In this document: positions 12,527 to 25,450 of the stretch, piece after piece
How positions within the stretch are numbered: the stretch's first letter is position 1
Layout: each line of letters opens with the position of its first letter
NCBI RefSeq assembly: GCF_004010195.1
Contig: NC_057718.1
Location: forward strand, 27,712,005 to 27,776,004
DNA length: 64,000 nt
From: Chiloscyllium plagiosum
Lineage: Eukaryota
Reading direction: 5' to 3'
The notes under the pieces: model-generated
What the model saw: the letters and a program-made list of their open reading frames with translations, nothing else
The model's database searches: none
What the model was told of the DNA's origin: nothing
Position numbers and translations under genes: made by a program

Positions 12527-13524
12527 AACAAAAACTTCCAGCTCGGCGAACAGAACCACAACAACGAGCACCCGAGCTACAAATCTTCGCACAAACTTTT
12601 AACTTTATAAATGTTTGCATAGTATGCCATGTATGATTAATGCTCCATTGCACACAATACCTGTACTCCTAATTCAAATTCAGTCATATGTTTGTGCTAA
12701 ATGATAACAACTATTGTTACCATAAAGTAAGAATGAAAACAGAAACAGATTCCCTTCAGAAATCAATACTTTATCATTGTTGATCAGATAGAACCAAAAG
12801 ACACCACCAACCAAGTAAGAAAGGGCAGATATAAGCTATTATATAAAGAAATCCAATAAATTGTCATTATAAATAAAAACTGAAAGAACTGCAGATGCTA
12901 TAAATCAGAAATAAAAACAAAATTCACTGGAAAAGCCCAGCAGGTCTGGCAGCATCTATGGTGAAAAATCAGAGTTAATGTTTAATGTTGAGTGACCTTC
13001 AGAGCTGCTGAGCTTTTCCAGCTATTTCTGTTTTTGTTCAAGGTCATTATCATGTTGTGCATAGGAAAGAAAATAGGAAAACAGAAGGAGAATTGTCATC
13101 AGTCCCACAAAGGTAGACAAAAATTACAACTTTCTCATTTTGCTTTTGTAAAAGATCTTGCATTTACATAATGCCATTGACATTCTCAGGATGTAGCAAT
13201 TAATGATGTTTTGGAATATAGTTGTTTTGTACTTTGGAAGGTCCTGTTTCCATTCCCCACAAATTGATGGTCAAGAAAGGTGAATTCATGACACAGCCAG
13301 AAAGATTGAGTATCATCTTGTAAATTCTTCCAACATACGCCAACTTGTAAATCCTTCCAAGATACGCCAACATCAGAGACAGTGAGAGCACGAGAGCTTG
13401 TCACCTATCCGGGAAAGCCTTTCATCTATCCAGGTGTTTGTAGCTTGTTATGTTTCACCGTTAACTTGGTGAGAAACAACATTTAAATGTTGCATTTGAC
13501 CCAGCTGACTGGTCAATTGCAATT

Positions 13525-14530
13525 AACATAAGACTGTAGAATGAAGGAGCAGGCGTAGGCTATTTGACCTATTGCGTCTGATCGAACATTCAATGAGATC
13601 ATGGCCGTGTGTTAATCTTCAACGCCACTTACCTGTCTTTTCCCCATAACCTTCAATTCTCTTATAAATATATCTGCGCCAGCCTTGAAAACACTGAACA
13701 ATCCAGCCTCAACAGTTTTCTGCGGTAAAGAATTGCACAGATTCACAAAGCACTGAGAAAAGGAACTCCTCCTCATCTCCTTCTTAAATGGGTGACACAG
13801 AAAGCTAATACTTTGCCTTTTGGTCCAAGCCTCTCCCTCAATCGAAAACAACTCCTGTCAAGACCCTTAAGAATCTTATGTGTTTCAGTAGTTTATGCAT
13901 TGTTCTTCTAAATTCCAGTGAGTACAGGCCCAACCTACTCAACCTCCACTTATTAAAAAATTCCTCTTGGGAACAACCTAGTGAACTTTGTCTGGACTTC
14001 CTCTAAAGTCAGTTTGACTTTCCTTAGATAAGTGGACCAGTATATTCACAGTATTCTAGGTGTGATCTGACTAATACCTTGTATAGTTTTGGCAAGATTT
14101 CCCTATTTTTATATTCCATTCCCTTTGAAATAAAAGCCAATATTCCATTTGCGTTCTCTTTTACTCACTGAACTTGTACACCATCCTTTTGTGATTAATT
14201 CATGAGGAGCCCTAACTTTCTCAGTGCTGCAGCTTTCTGCAGTCTTTCTCCATTTAAATGATAACCACCTCCATTATTCTTCCTGCCGAAGTTCATTTTC
14301 TCAATTTATATTCAATCTGCCAATGTTTTGCCCACTTACTTAAAATGTCTATATCTATCTGTGGATTTTGTCTCATACCCATCAGCTCCCCTCCACCTGT
14401 TTTTGTTTCATCTGCAAACTTGGTAATAATGCATTCACTTACACCATCAATGTCATCACTACATATCACAAATAATTACAGCCACAGCATTGATCCCTAT
14501 GGCACATTACTAGTTGTAGGTTGCCTTAGA
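13525..14530 (-). mobile_element. CR1 LINE 3' fragment
   Basis: ORF 13612 has EMRRSSFSQCFVNLCNSLPQKTVEA, plus a CR1 3' tail. Confidence 0.8.
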
Positions 14531-14759
14531 AAATAATGTAAGCAATCCTTTCTCAAAAAATAAATTTTGATAACTATGAGGAAATTTGATGCTTCTTATG
14601 TTCACTTCCAGACATATTTCTTTCTCATTGATAGCAGTAACCATGAGACACTTCTAAAGTCTAACATTATTCTTCAGCAGTCTCATTGGGAACTTTATTG
14701 TTTGCACAGCAAATAGCTTCCTGATCCTTGATATTTGTATTACCTTGTTCATGGTAATC

Positions 14760-14980
14760 ATGTCCACTCACTCACTCACTCACATCTCCCTTCCCACATT
14801 TCTCTCCCTCACCCTCCAATACTCACATCATTCTCCCCAGACTCTGCCCTGAGTTTCTCCCATCACTCACATCCCCTTCCCATCACTCACTCACTCATCT
14901 TTCTTCCCAGTCACTCATCCCACCTAATCACTGAGTCACATTCCCCACCCCCACCAATTACTCACATTTCCTCCTCCTCA
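14760..14980. repeat. Low-complexity C/T/ACTC-rich tract
   Basis: Degenerate (actc)n and (ct)n sequence. Confidence 0.7.
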
Positions 14981-15144
14981 GGCAATCTCTTATTTGTGCT
15001 ACCAAACGGTGTTTCAGATGAGTCTACCATCTGGCAATTACAGAACGAGCATAGTTAGCTTTTATTGTAATTTTAATTCCCCACCTTGTCACTACTCTGT
15101 TCCCTCAGTTATTGGCCTTTTGCAGTGTTTAACATCTCATCTTT

Positions 15145-15990
15145 CATAGAGTCTTTACAACATAGTACGAGGCCCTTCAACCCATTGTGTCCACAGCTAT
15201 CAAACATCCATCAATTCTAATTCCATTTCCGGCAATTGGCTAGTAGCCTTGCACACTGTTGTGTTTCAACTGTTCATCTAAATTTTTCCTAAATGTTTTG
15301 AGTGTTCCTGCCTCAAGATCTTTTTAGACAAGAAGGAGGCTGGGAAACACAGCAAGTCAGGCAGCACCAGGAGGTGAAGAAGTTAACATTTTGGGTATAA
15401 CCCTTCTTCCTGAAGAAGAGTTATACTCGAAACATCAACTTCTCCACCTCCTGATGCTGCCTGGCTTGCTGTGATTTCCAGCCTTCTGCTTGTCTACTTT
15501 AGATTCTAGCATCTGCGGTTTTTTGTCCCTACCATCCTTTTTAAGCAGTGAGTACCAGATACCCACAACCCTCTGCATGAAAAGGATTTCCACAAATCCT
15601 CTCTAAACCTCTTGCTTCTTACCTTAAAACTGTGCCCTGGTTACTAACCGTGGTACTTTGGGAAAAGTTTCTCCCTATCTACACTATCTATACCCACCAA
15701 AACTTTGAAACCTCAATCAGATCTTTCCCTCAGTCTTCTCTGGTCTAAAGAAGACAATCCAGCCCAACTAGTCTCTCTTCATAGCTGAATCACTGTAGCT
15801 CAGGTAGCATCCTGGTGAATCTTTTCTGCATCCTATAGAACAGTCACCAGAACTCCAACTGTGGCCTAACTAACATTATATATAACTGTCATAACCTCCT
15901 TGCTCTTGTATTTAATGCCATGATTAATAAAGGCAATTATCACGTACGTCTTCATAACCAGCTTATGTACCTATCCTGCTGCCTTCAAGA
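15145..15990 (-). mobile_element. CR1 3' fragment with a nested fold-back PLE piece (~15327-15525)
   Basis: CR1 tail on the - strand. Inverted arms are centred near 15408, with CTGAAGA...GAAAC at 15410-15433. Confidence 0.7.
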
Positions 15991-17844
15991 TCACTTCCTT
16001 CAACACCTTTTGCAAATGTTAGTTTCAAGAACCAACCACATATAGGACTTTCTGTTTGGACATGGCTTTGGACATTTGGGATCCCATTACCTTGAGTCTA
16101 CCTTTAGTAAGCTGGTGGGCTCTCCAAATGGCACAGTGGTGTGTTCTGATAGTGGGAAAGTCCTATTTTCTTTGAAAAATAGTCCTTATTGTTTTCTATG
16201 GTGCATTATTAGCTGCCTGCTTGTTGGAGAATACTGCTGACTTTTCTAGGCATGTTCCCCGATGGTGGAAATACATTACAGAATTATTCTGATACCATTC
16301 CACCCTGCTTGTCTGGGCTCCAATCCCCTGCTGTAATCTAACTCTGTGGTGCTCAGAAAAGTTAGCTGTTCAACTCTGTTTCTGTCTCCAAATATGCTGC
16401 CGAACCTGCGAAGTATATACACAATTTATGCTTTTATTTCAACTTTCTAGTATCCATAGCATTTTGCTTTAGTTTTGTGTTGTTGTATGGTCATTCATAA
16501 GTTTGGACTAACAAAATGTGATTAGTAAACTGTCACAATACAGACTTATTAGCAAAATGAAAGGCCATGGCTTTAATGCGACAATGACATTATGAATACA
16601 AACTTGGCTAAGAAGTAGAGAGCAGGAATTAGTGGGCAACAGTTGTTTTTCAAATTGGAGGGAAGCATACTGTCATGTCCCCTAAAGAGCACTATTAGGA
16701 CTACTGCTTTTTTGATTTGTTTGATCAACATGACTTGGGTACAGAGAACATAATTTCATAAGTTGCAGATGATAGAAAACTTGAAAATCTAGTAAAAATA
16801 TGGCATGTAAAATTTAAATGCAGAAAACTGTGAGGTTATTCATTTCTGAAGATGAATGAGAATACACAATATAAACAAAATGAATTAATTTTAAAAGGTT
16901 TGCAGAAACTCTGAACTTGGAGTTCGAGAACATTGATTCAAACAGAATGAAATTAGAGGAGAAGCGATATGAGTAGACAGCACAAGGGGTTTCAATTTAC
17001 CACTACTTTCTATGTTATAATTAAAAGGTAATTCCATTGTGCATAGAAAACCTACACGTTCTTACAGTAATGCTCATACCACACAAATTACACACATTTT
17101 ATTGTCTTCTATGAAGCATCGTAATTGTGTACCATAGCATCCCAGAACAGATAATCCAGTGATGCTGAATGTATTTGTATACTTCTTGCCACATTACAGA
17201 TTATTTCAAGTGCTATCCTGTAAAACAATGGAGAAGAACAGTACCAGGCATTCACTGAAAACAAAGGATGAAATTACATAACTTAAGACGGTGAGTACTT
17301 TATATAGGGTGTATGCTTGTGGATCTATTGAAATATTACTGGAGGAAAATTACTTCTGAATTGTAAATATGCTCTTTATCTCTCAACTGGGTGAAATAAA
17401 GCATTGTTGCCTAGACAGACATAAATACAAACGTATCTCTGTAAAACAATTGTTTTATTGTGGCAAGGTGGCCCAGTGTATGATTGATATAATGTGATTA
17501 TGATAAACAATCATATAGCTTGTTACTTAAGTTGTCTATCTCCTGTCCTCATTTGAAGTTTAGTCCATAAACTTATATCGGATTGGTCCATACTTCTGCG
17601 GGATGGCTGGATAGGAGATTCTCTCACCCTACCACATGTCATCAGGCATATTTGAGGGCCTTACAAGGTTGATAATCAACCCTGTTTGACAACATTGTGA
17701 ACCAATCTTTCATGGGAAGCAAGTCCTTGCATGGGTCTCAAACCCAGAGTCTGCACTACACCACAAGACTTTCTCTCATTTAAATTGTACGGACAGAAGT
17801 ATCCAGGTTTAATTCTTGAGCTGTTTATTCATATCGCAACATAG

Positions 17845-18505
17845 AGGTGAGCTCTTCCTGGTCATGCACAGATAGTTAAGAAGGCATATCGGACACTTCC
17901 TTTCATCAGTTGTGGCATAGACTGTAAAAGCAAGGAGATAATGGTGGAGTTGCGCAGAGCACTTATTAGGCAACAGCTGGAGTACTCTGTGTAGTTCTAA
18001 TCACCTCGCTATAGGAAGGATTTGATAACACTAGAGGGGGTACAGAGGTGGTTCACCAGGATATTGCCTGGGATAGAGAAATTGAGCCATAAGGAGAGAC
18101 GAGATCGGCTTGGATTGTTTTCTTTAGAGCAGAGAATGCTGACAGGGAAATTGACTGAGGTGTATAAGATTATGAGGGGTATGGGCAGGGTGAATAGAGA
18201 GCAGCTGTTCCCCTTGGTTGAGGGATCACATACTTTTAGAGTAAGTGGCAGGAGATTCAGAAAGGATTTGGAAAAACCTTTTTCAATCAGCAGGTGGTGG
18301 GATTCTGAAATGCACTGTCTGGAAGGTAGTGGAGGCCAGAAACCTTACAATCTTTAAAAAATATGTGGATGAGCGCTTCAAATATGATTGGGATCAGCGC
18401 TTCAAATATGATTGGGATCAGCGCACCGTTAGCCGTCGTTATGTCAATGCAGACTTGATGGGCCAAAGGGTCTTTTCTGCGCTGTATGAATCTATAAATC
18501 TATAA
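17845..18505 (+). mobile_element. CR1 LINE 3' fragment
   Basis: ORF 18022 has LEGVQRWFTRILPG...LGLFSLEQRML. Confidence 0.85.
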
Positions 18506-18554
18506 GTGCCACTAGGCAATTTAGTCAGACTTTAATCCATCATTTTAAAATCTA

Positions 18555-19500
18555 CTTTATTGGGATGTGAACATTGCTGCCAAGTCCAGTATTTGTTGTC
18601 CATCTCTGTCCTGAGAAAAGTTGTGCTGACTTGTCTTATTAAACCATCGAGGTTCATGTGCAGCAGTTGCACCCACAATGCAGTTAGGATGGCAGTTCCA
18701 GGTTTTTATTGTGATTGTGAATGAACATTGATATACTTACAATTGAGGATGGTGATTGATGCAGAGGGAATCTTGCAGGGGATTTCCATATTTTTATTGC
18801 CCTTCTACCTCTTGGTCATAGAAGTCAAAGATTTGAAAGATGCTGTTGGTGGCTTGAAGAATTGCTGCATTGCATCTTATAGATGGTAAATGCTACACCC
18901 ACTGGTTGCTAGTGGCAGAGAGAATGAATGTTTAAGTTGGTGGATAGGATGCCAATCAAGTGAGCTGCTTTGTCTGAGATGATGTCAGCTTCACAAGTGT
19001 TGTTGGATCTATAGTCATCCAGGTAAGTGGAGAATATTCAATCACTGATAGCATAGTTTCCACTTATCATCCAAAACATGAATGTTGTCTAGATCTTGCA
19101 GTATGTGAGCAATAACTACTGAAGTGTCTACAGAATCTTGAATGACGCTGAATACTGCATTCATCAGCCAACACTCCTACTTCTGATTTTAAGATAAAGG
19201 GAAAGTCATCAATGAAGCAGCTGAAAATACTTGGGCCTACAATATTGCTACCGAGTGAAAAAGTCTTTTCTCACATCACATCAGAGAGTTTTTCCAGGGC
19301 ACTTTGACACTACAGTTGGTCAATTTTGCTTTCATGTCAAAGGTAGTCAATCTAATTTCTAGAATTGTCTGCCCATGTTTGAATCAAGGCTGTAATGAGC
19401 CCTGGAATTCCCAAACTGAGTATTGGTGAAACAGAGCTGTAGCAATATAGTATTTTCACTGACATCTCCTGAGTTGGATTTGTCTTGCTTTTTATGGAGA
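18555..19500 (-). mobile_element. L2/CR1-group LINE remnant (same family as 36265-37895)
   Basis: Reverse-strand similarity to the 36-38 kb element. Confidence 0.6.
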
Positions 19501-19504
19501 CGTA

Positions 19505-20210
19505 ATTAGAGTCATAGAGATGTACAGCATGGAAATAGACCCTTCGGTCCAACCCGTCCATGCCGACCAGATATCCCAACCCAATCTAGTCCCACCTGCT
19601 AGGACTCAGCCCATATCCCTCCAAACCCTTCCTATTCATATACCCATCCAAATACCTCATTAAATGTTACAATTGTACCAGCCTCCACCTCTTTCTCTGG
19701 CAGCTCATTCCATCCACGTACCACCCTCTGTGTGAAAAAGTTGCCCCGTAGGTCTCTTTTATATCTTTCCCCTCTCACCCTAAACCTATACCCTCTAGTT
19801 CTGGACTCCCTGACCCCAGGGGAATGCCCCTCATATTTTTGTAAACCTGTATAAGGTCACCCCTCAGCCTCCGATGCTCCAGGGCAAAAAGCCCTAGCCT
19901 CTTCAGCCTCTCCCTATAGCTCAAACCCTTCAATCCTGGCAACATCCTTGTAAATCTTTTCTGAACCCTTTCAAGTTTCACAACATCTTTCCGATAGGAA
20001 GGAGACCAGAATTGCACGCAATATTTCAACAGTGGCCTAACCAATGTCCTGTACAGCCGCAACATGACCTCCCAACTCCTGTACTCAATACTCTGACCAA
20101 TAAAGGAAAGCATACCAAATGCCTTCTTCGCTAACCTATCTACCTGCGACTCCACTTTCAAGGAGCTATGAACCTGCATTCCAAGGTCTCTTTGTTCAGC
20201 AACATTCCTA
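19505..20210 (-). mobile_element. HER1-like CR1 LINE 3' end, young
   Basis: ORF 19775 has YRSWEVMLRLYRTLVRPLLKYCVQFWSP, with an HE1-like tail. Confidence 0.9.
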
Positions 20211-20336
20211 AGCAATATTTCATATGATGCTGTAGCTGAACTGAAAAAGGCCTGGCTAGGTGTGTGGTTAGTTCTCAAGCAGAAGTATTCCATACTACAA
20301 CCAGGATTTTTTCCTGGCCTATAGCCTCTGTTTTAT

Positions 20337-20836
20337 NNNNNNNNNNNNNNNNNNNNNNNNNNNNNNNNNNNNNNNNNNNNNNNNNNNNNNNNNNNNNNNN
20401 NNNNNNNNNNNNNNNNNNNNNNNNNNNNNNNNNNNNNNNNNNNNNNNNNNNNNNNNNNNNNNNNNNNNNNNNNNNNNNNNNNNNNNNNNNNNNNNNNNNN
20501 NNNNNNNNNNNNNNNNNNNNNNNNNNNNNNNNNNNNNNNNNNNNNNNNNNNNNNNNNNNNNNNNNNNNNNNNNNNNNNNNNNNNNNNNNNNNNNNNNNNN
20601 NNNNNNNNNNNNNNNNNNNNNNNNNNNNNNNNNNNNNNNNNNNNNNNNNNNNNNNNNNNNNNNNNNNNNNNNNNNNNNNNNNNNNNNNNNNNNNNNNNNN
20701 NNNNNNNNNNNNNNNNNNNNNNNNNNNNNNNNNNNNNNNNNNNNNNNNNNNNNNNNNNNNNNNNNNNNNNNNNNNNNNNNNNNNNNNNNNNNNNNNNNNN
20801 NNNNNNNNNNNNNNNNNNNNNNNNNNNNNNNNNNNN
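20337..20836. other. Assembly gap (500 N)
   Basis: Run of N. Confidence 1.
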
Positions 20837-22620
20837 CAGGCTGAGATGATGGATCCTTATCTTACTCAGTAGCCTCCTGTGCAGCACCTTGTCAAAGGCT
20901 TTCTTGAAGTCTACGTAGAACCTGCTTATTACTTCCTCAAAGAACTCTAGCAGATTTGTCAGGCATGACTTCCCCTTGATGAAACTGCAACCATGCTGAC
21001 TTTGCTCTATTTTACCATAAGCTTTCATGTATTCCAAAATTTCATTCTCCATAATGGATTCCAGGATTTTGCCCATAACTGAGGTTAGACTGTAATTTAA
21101 TGTCATTTGCATTACTCCTTTTTTTAAACAGGGGTGTCATGTTAGTAATTTTCCAGTCGTCTGTGACTCTCCCTGATTCTAGCGATTCCTGAAAGATCAC
21201 CACTAATGCCTCTGCTATCTCTTCAGCTATCTCCCATAGAACTCTGGGGTGTAGCCCAATTGGTTCAGGTGATTTATCCATCTTCAGGCCATTCAGTTTT
21301 TCTAGCACCTTCTCCTTAGTGACGGCCACCATACTCCGCTCTGCCCCTCACTCTCTTGAATCTTTGGGATATTACTCGTGTCTTCCACCGTGAAGACTGA
21401 TGCAAAGTAATTATTCAGCTCTTCAGCCATTTCCTTGTTCCCCACTACTATCTCTCCAGTGTCATTTTCCAGCAGCCCAATGTCCACTTTTGCCTCTCTT
21501 TTGCCCTTTTTTATAATCTAAACAAATTCTCACAGTCTTCCTTCACATTACTGGCTGGCTTACCCTCTTATTTAATCTTCTCGCTCTTTCTTTCTTTCTT
21601 TTTTGTTGCCCTCTGGTCTTTGTAAACTTCCCAATCCTCTGATTTCCCATTGCCCTTTGCCACATTATATACTTTCTTCTCTTTTGCTGTTATGCTATCC
21701 CTGACTTCCCTATTCGGCCATGGTTGCCTCATCCTCCCTGTACTGTGCTGCTTTTTCCTTGGGATGAATCTCTGCGGAGTATCCTGAATATCCCAGACTC
21801 TGGGATACTCTGTGGAGTATCCCAGACACTTTGCTGTTGCTGTTCCACTGTTCTTCCTGCTTGGCTCTTCTCCCAGTCAATTCCACTCAGCTCTTCCCTC
21901 ATGCCCCTGTAGTTGCCTTTATTCAGCTGTAATACCATTATCTCTGATTCTATGTTCTCCCTCTCAAATTGCAGAGTAAATTCAATTATATGATCACTGT
22001 CTCCTTAGGGTTCCTTCACTTTTAAGCTCCAAGATCAAGTCTGCCTCATTGCACAACACTAAATCCAGTTTTGCCTGTTCCCTTGTGGGCTCTACCACAA
22101 GCTGCTCCAAAACGCCATTTCGTAGACATTCCACAAATTCCTTTCCTTGCAATCCACTACCAACTTGATTTTCCCAGTCCACCTGCATATTGAAATCCCC
22201 CATGAACACTAACTTTGCCTTTCCTATACATCTTTTCTATCCCTTGGTGTATCTTGTGCCCCAGCTCCTGACTACTGTTTGGACGCTTGTACACAACTCC
22301 AACTATGATTTTGTTTTAACCTTTTTGCAGTTCCTCAATTCTACCCACACAGATTCTACACTATCTGACCCAACTTCATTTCTTACTATTGATTTCATTT
22401 CATTTCTTACTAATAAGGTAACCCCACCCACCTGCTGATCTGCCTACACTTTCAATCTGACATATATCCTTGAATATTCAGCTCCCAATCCTGATCCCTT
22501 TGCAGTCACATCTCCATGATCCCCACCACATCCTACCTGCTAATTTTGATCTGCGCCACAAGATCATTTAACTTATTCCTTCAGATATAACATCTTCAGT
22601 TCTGTATTAACCATCCCTCT
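20837..22620 (-). mobile_element. CR1 LINE ORF2 fragment (endonuclease to RT)
   Basis: MGDFNMQVDW, NNYFASVFTVED, KGKSCLTNLLEFFEEV and DFKKAFDKV in the ORF track. Confidence 0.9.
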
Positions 22621-22939
22621 TAGCATGAATTACATTGGTCTTTTCCCTGGGGTGGAGGAGTTCAAAACGATAAGGGGAGAGAGTCTTAAAAAAGACATAG
22701 GGGGCAACTTTTTCACACCGAGTGGTTCATGTGAAATAACTGCTAGCAGAAGTGGTAGATGCTGGTACAGTTACAATATTTGAAAAGACATTTGGAGAAA
22801 TAAATGAATAGGAAAGGTTTGGAGGGATACGGGCCAAATGCAGGCAAGTGGGACTAGTTTAGTTTGGGAATATGGTTGGCGTGGACTAGATGGACCGAAG
22901 TGTCTGTTTCCATGACGCTGACTCTCGTTCCCCATTATC

Positions 22940-25450
22940 TACAGCACAATTACTTGTTCAAAGAAATCCAATAATTTAAACTTTAATCTCCCTTTGACAA
23001 AACCATACTGTCTCTGCCTGATTATTTTGAACTTATTGAAGTGCCCTGTTATAAAATATTTAATATAACTTCCAACATTTTTTAATGACAGATATTAAGC
23101 TAACTGGCCTGTAGTTTCCTGCTTTCTGTTATCCTCCCTTTTTGAATAAGGAAGTTACATTAGCTATTTTCCAATCTCAGGGAATGTCTGAATCCAATGA
23201 GTTTTAGAAAATTAAAACCGACATGTCAACAATTGCACTGATTACATCCAAGGGTCTTAAAGGAAGCAATCTGTCAGGACCGAGGGACTTGTCAACCCAC
23301 AGTTCCAACAGTTACTTGGTACTACTTATCTGCTAATTGTATTTTGTTGAAATCTTCTCCCTCCTTTTCCATTCCTTATTTACAGCTATTTCCTGGATGC
23401 TACTCATATTCCCTAGTGAAGACAAATGAAAATATCTGTTCAATAGATCTGCCATCTCTTTTGTCTTCTATTAGTAATTCCCCAGACTCATTTTCATTTA
23501 ACACTTTGTTAATACTTTTTAAATATCTGGGGAAACCTTTTCTATCTGTTTCTATATTTTTAACTAACATTCTCTCGTACTCTATTTTTCTCTTATTAAT
23601 CTTTTGGAAATTTTTTGCTGTGTTTTACATTCTGTCCAGTCTTCTGACTTGTCAGTTATCTTTGCACAATTATGTCTTTTCTTTGAGCTTGAAGCTATCT
23701 TTAACTTTATTGTAGTTAACTAAGGATGATAGGTCTGTCCTGAGAAAATTTGTTCTTGGTTATTGGAATCATGATTCAGTGCTTTCTGGAAGATCTCCTT
23801 AAATATTTGCCACTGCCTATCTGTTCCCCTATTCTGTTAACCTAAATTGCCAGTTCACTTTCGCTAGCTTTGCTTTCTTGCTGTCATAATTGTCCTTAAT
23901 TCAAAAGTAGTCTTGGACCCCATACTTCCCCCTCTCAAATTGAGCGAGTGGCTAGGGGATGGCATGGTGGCTCAGTGGTTAGCAGTGCTGCCTCACAGCG
24001 CCAGGGACTGGGTTTGATTCCAACCTCTAGCAACTGCCTATGTGAAGTTTGCACATTTTCCCTGTGTCTGCGTGTGTTTCCTCCAGATGCTCTGGTTTCT
24101 TCCCACAGTCCAAAGATGTGCAGATTAGGTGAATTGGAGTGCTAAATTGCCCATAGTGTTCCAGGATGTGTGGGTTGGGTGCATTAGGGCTAGATACAGG
24201 ATAGGGAAAATGGGTCTGGGTGGGTTACTCTTCGGTGGGGTTGGTGTGGACTTGTTGGGCCAAAGGCCTTGTTTCCACATGGTAGGAATTCTTTGATTCT
24301 ATGAAATCATATTTAAAATTCAATGATGTTATAGTTGTTGCTTCCCAGGGGAACTTTAATCATTAGGTCAGTAATTAGTCCTGCCTTAATGAAACTAGGT
24401 CTACTATAGCTTGCTCTCTGCTTGGTGGCACAACATGCTGGTCCAAGAAATTGTCCTGAAAACATTCAATGAATTGTTAGCTGGACTACTTTTACCTGTC
24501 TGATTTTTCTAGTCCATATGTAAGAATTAAGACTAAGATTAGGCAACTTGCGCCTACTGTACTTTTAATACAATCATGGCTAATCTCATCTCTGCCTCAA
24601 CTCCATTTTCCTGCCACTCTCCATAACTCTTCAACCTATTAATAATTAAAAATTTGCCCATCTCCTCCTTAAATTTATTCAGTGTCCCCCACATTCTGGG
24701 GCAGTGAATTCCAGAGATTCAGAACCTTTTGAGAAGTGCTTCCTCCTCATGTCTGTTTTAAATCTACCATCCCTTAGCTTAAAACTGTGATCCCTTATTT
24801 TCGATTGCCCCACAAGAGGAAACATCTCTTCTACATCTGGGTCAATCCGTTACAGCATCTTATATACCTCATTTGGATCTCCTCTCATTCTTTTAAACTC
24901 TAGCTAGTATAATCTAAACTGCTTCATCTCTCCTTATATGAAAAGCTTTTCACCTCTGGAATTAATCTAGTAAACCTTCTCTGAATTTGATTAAAATCTC
25001 CAATAATAATACCTGTATCCTTTTTAACAATCTCCATTATTTCTTTCTCTGTCCTACAATGTCTTTACTGTTAGGCAGCCTGTCCACAATACTAGTTCAT
25101 CTATTTTGTGTTGTATGCTACATGCATTCAAATACAGTACTTTAAGTTTTGTCCTTTTTATTATTTTCATTACCTCTAATCTTATCTGCTGATTTGCTCT
25201 TCGATCTGCATCTTCTGTCTCATCTTGTCATTGTCCGTTTACCATTTACCATGTTAATTCCTTTCTCCGTTGCATATTCACCACAGTTTCCTAAATTTGG
25301 GATCTTGCCCCCACTATTTAGTTTAAATCTGCTCCAGTTCCCTAGTCATACAGTTTGCAAAAGCACAAGTCCAATACACTTTAGGTGTAGACCTTCCCAA
25401 TGGTACAAATCCCACTTTCCCCAGTATTGATGCCAGCTTGGCACAGATCA
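22940..25450 (-). mobile_element. Old CR1 LINE remnant with nested SINE and CR1 tail
   Basis: Reverse-strand CR1 remnants (e.g. taagctaactggcctgtagtt). Confidence 0.6.
23956..24300 (+). mobile_element. HE1-like SINE
   Basis: Similar to 3009-3337. Confidence 0.85.

Larger units (their letters stand above)
11572..12599 (+). mobile_element. Penelope-like retroelement (family B) 3' portion with inverted 5' copy and 16-bp TSD
   Basis: GIY-YIG ORF at 12087-12506. Inverted arms at 11574-11983 and 12139-12557. TSD taactttataaatgtt at 11556-11571 and 12600-12615. Confidence 0.9.

Noticed and set aside
13317..18424. CRISPR-like arrays from the 24-27 bp repeats
   Set aside because: Only two adjacent units each, no spacers, and a eukaryotic context.
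20264..21112. Long ORFs of 202 and 259 aa
   Set aside because: Artefacts of reading through the N gap. The real part is CR1 RT.
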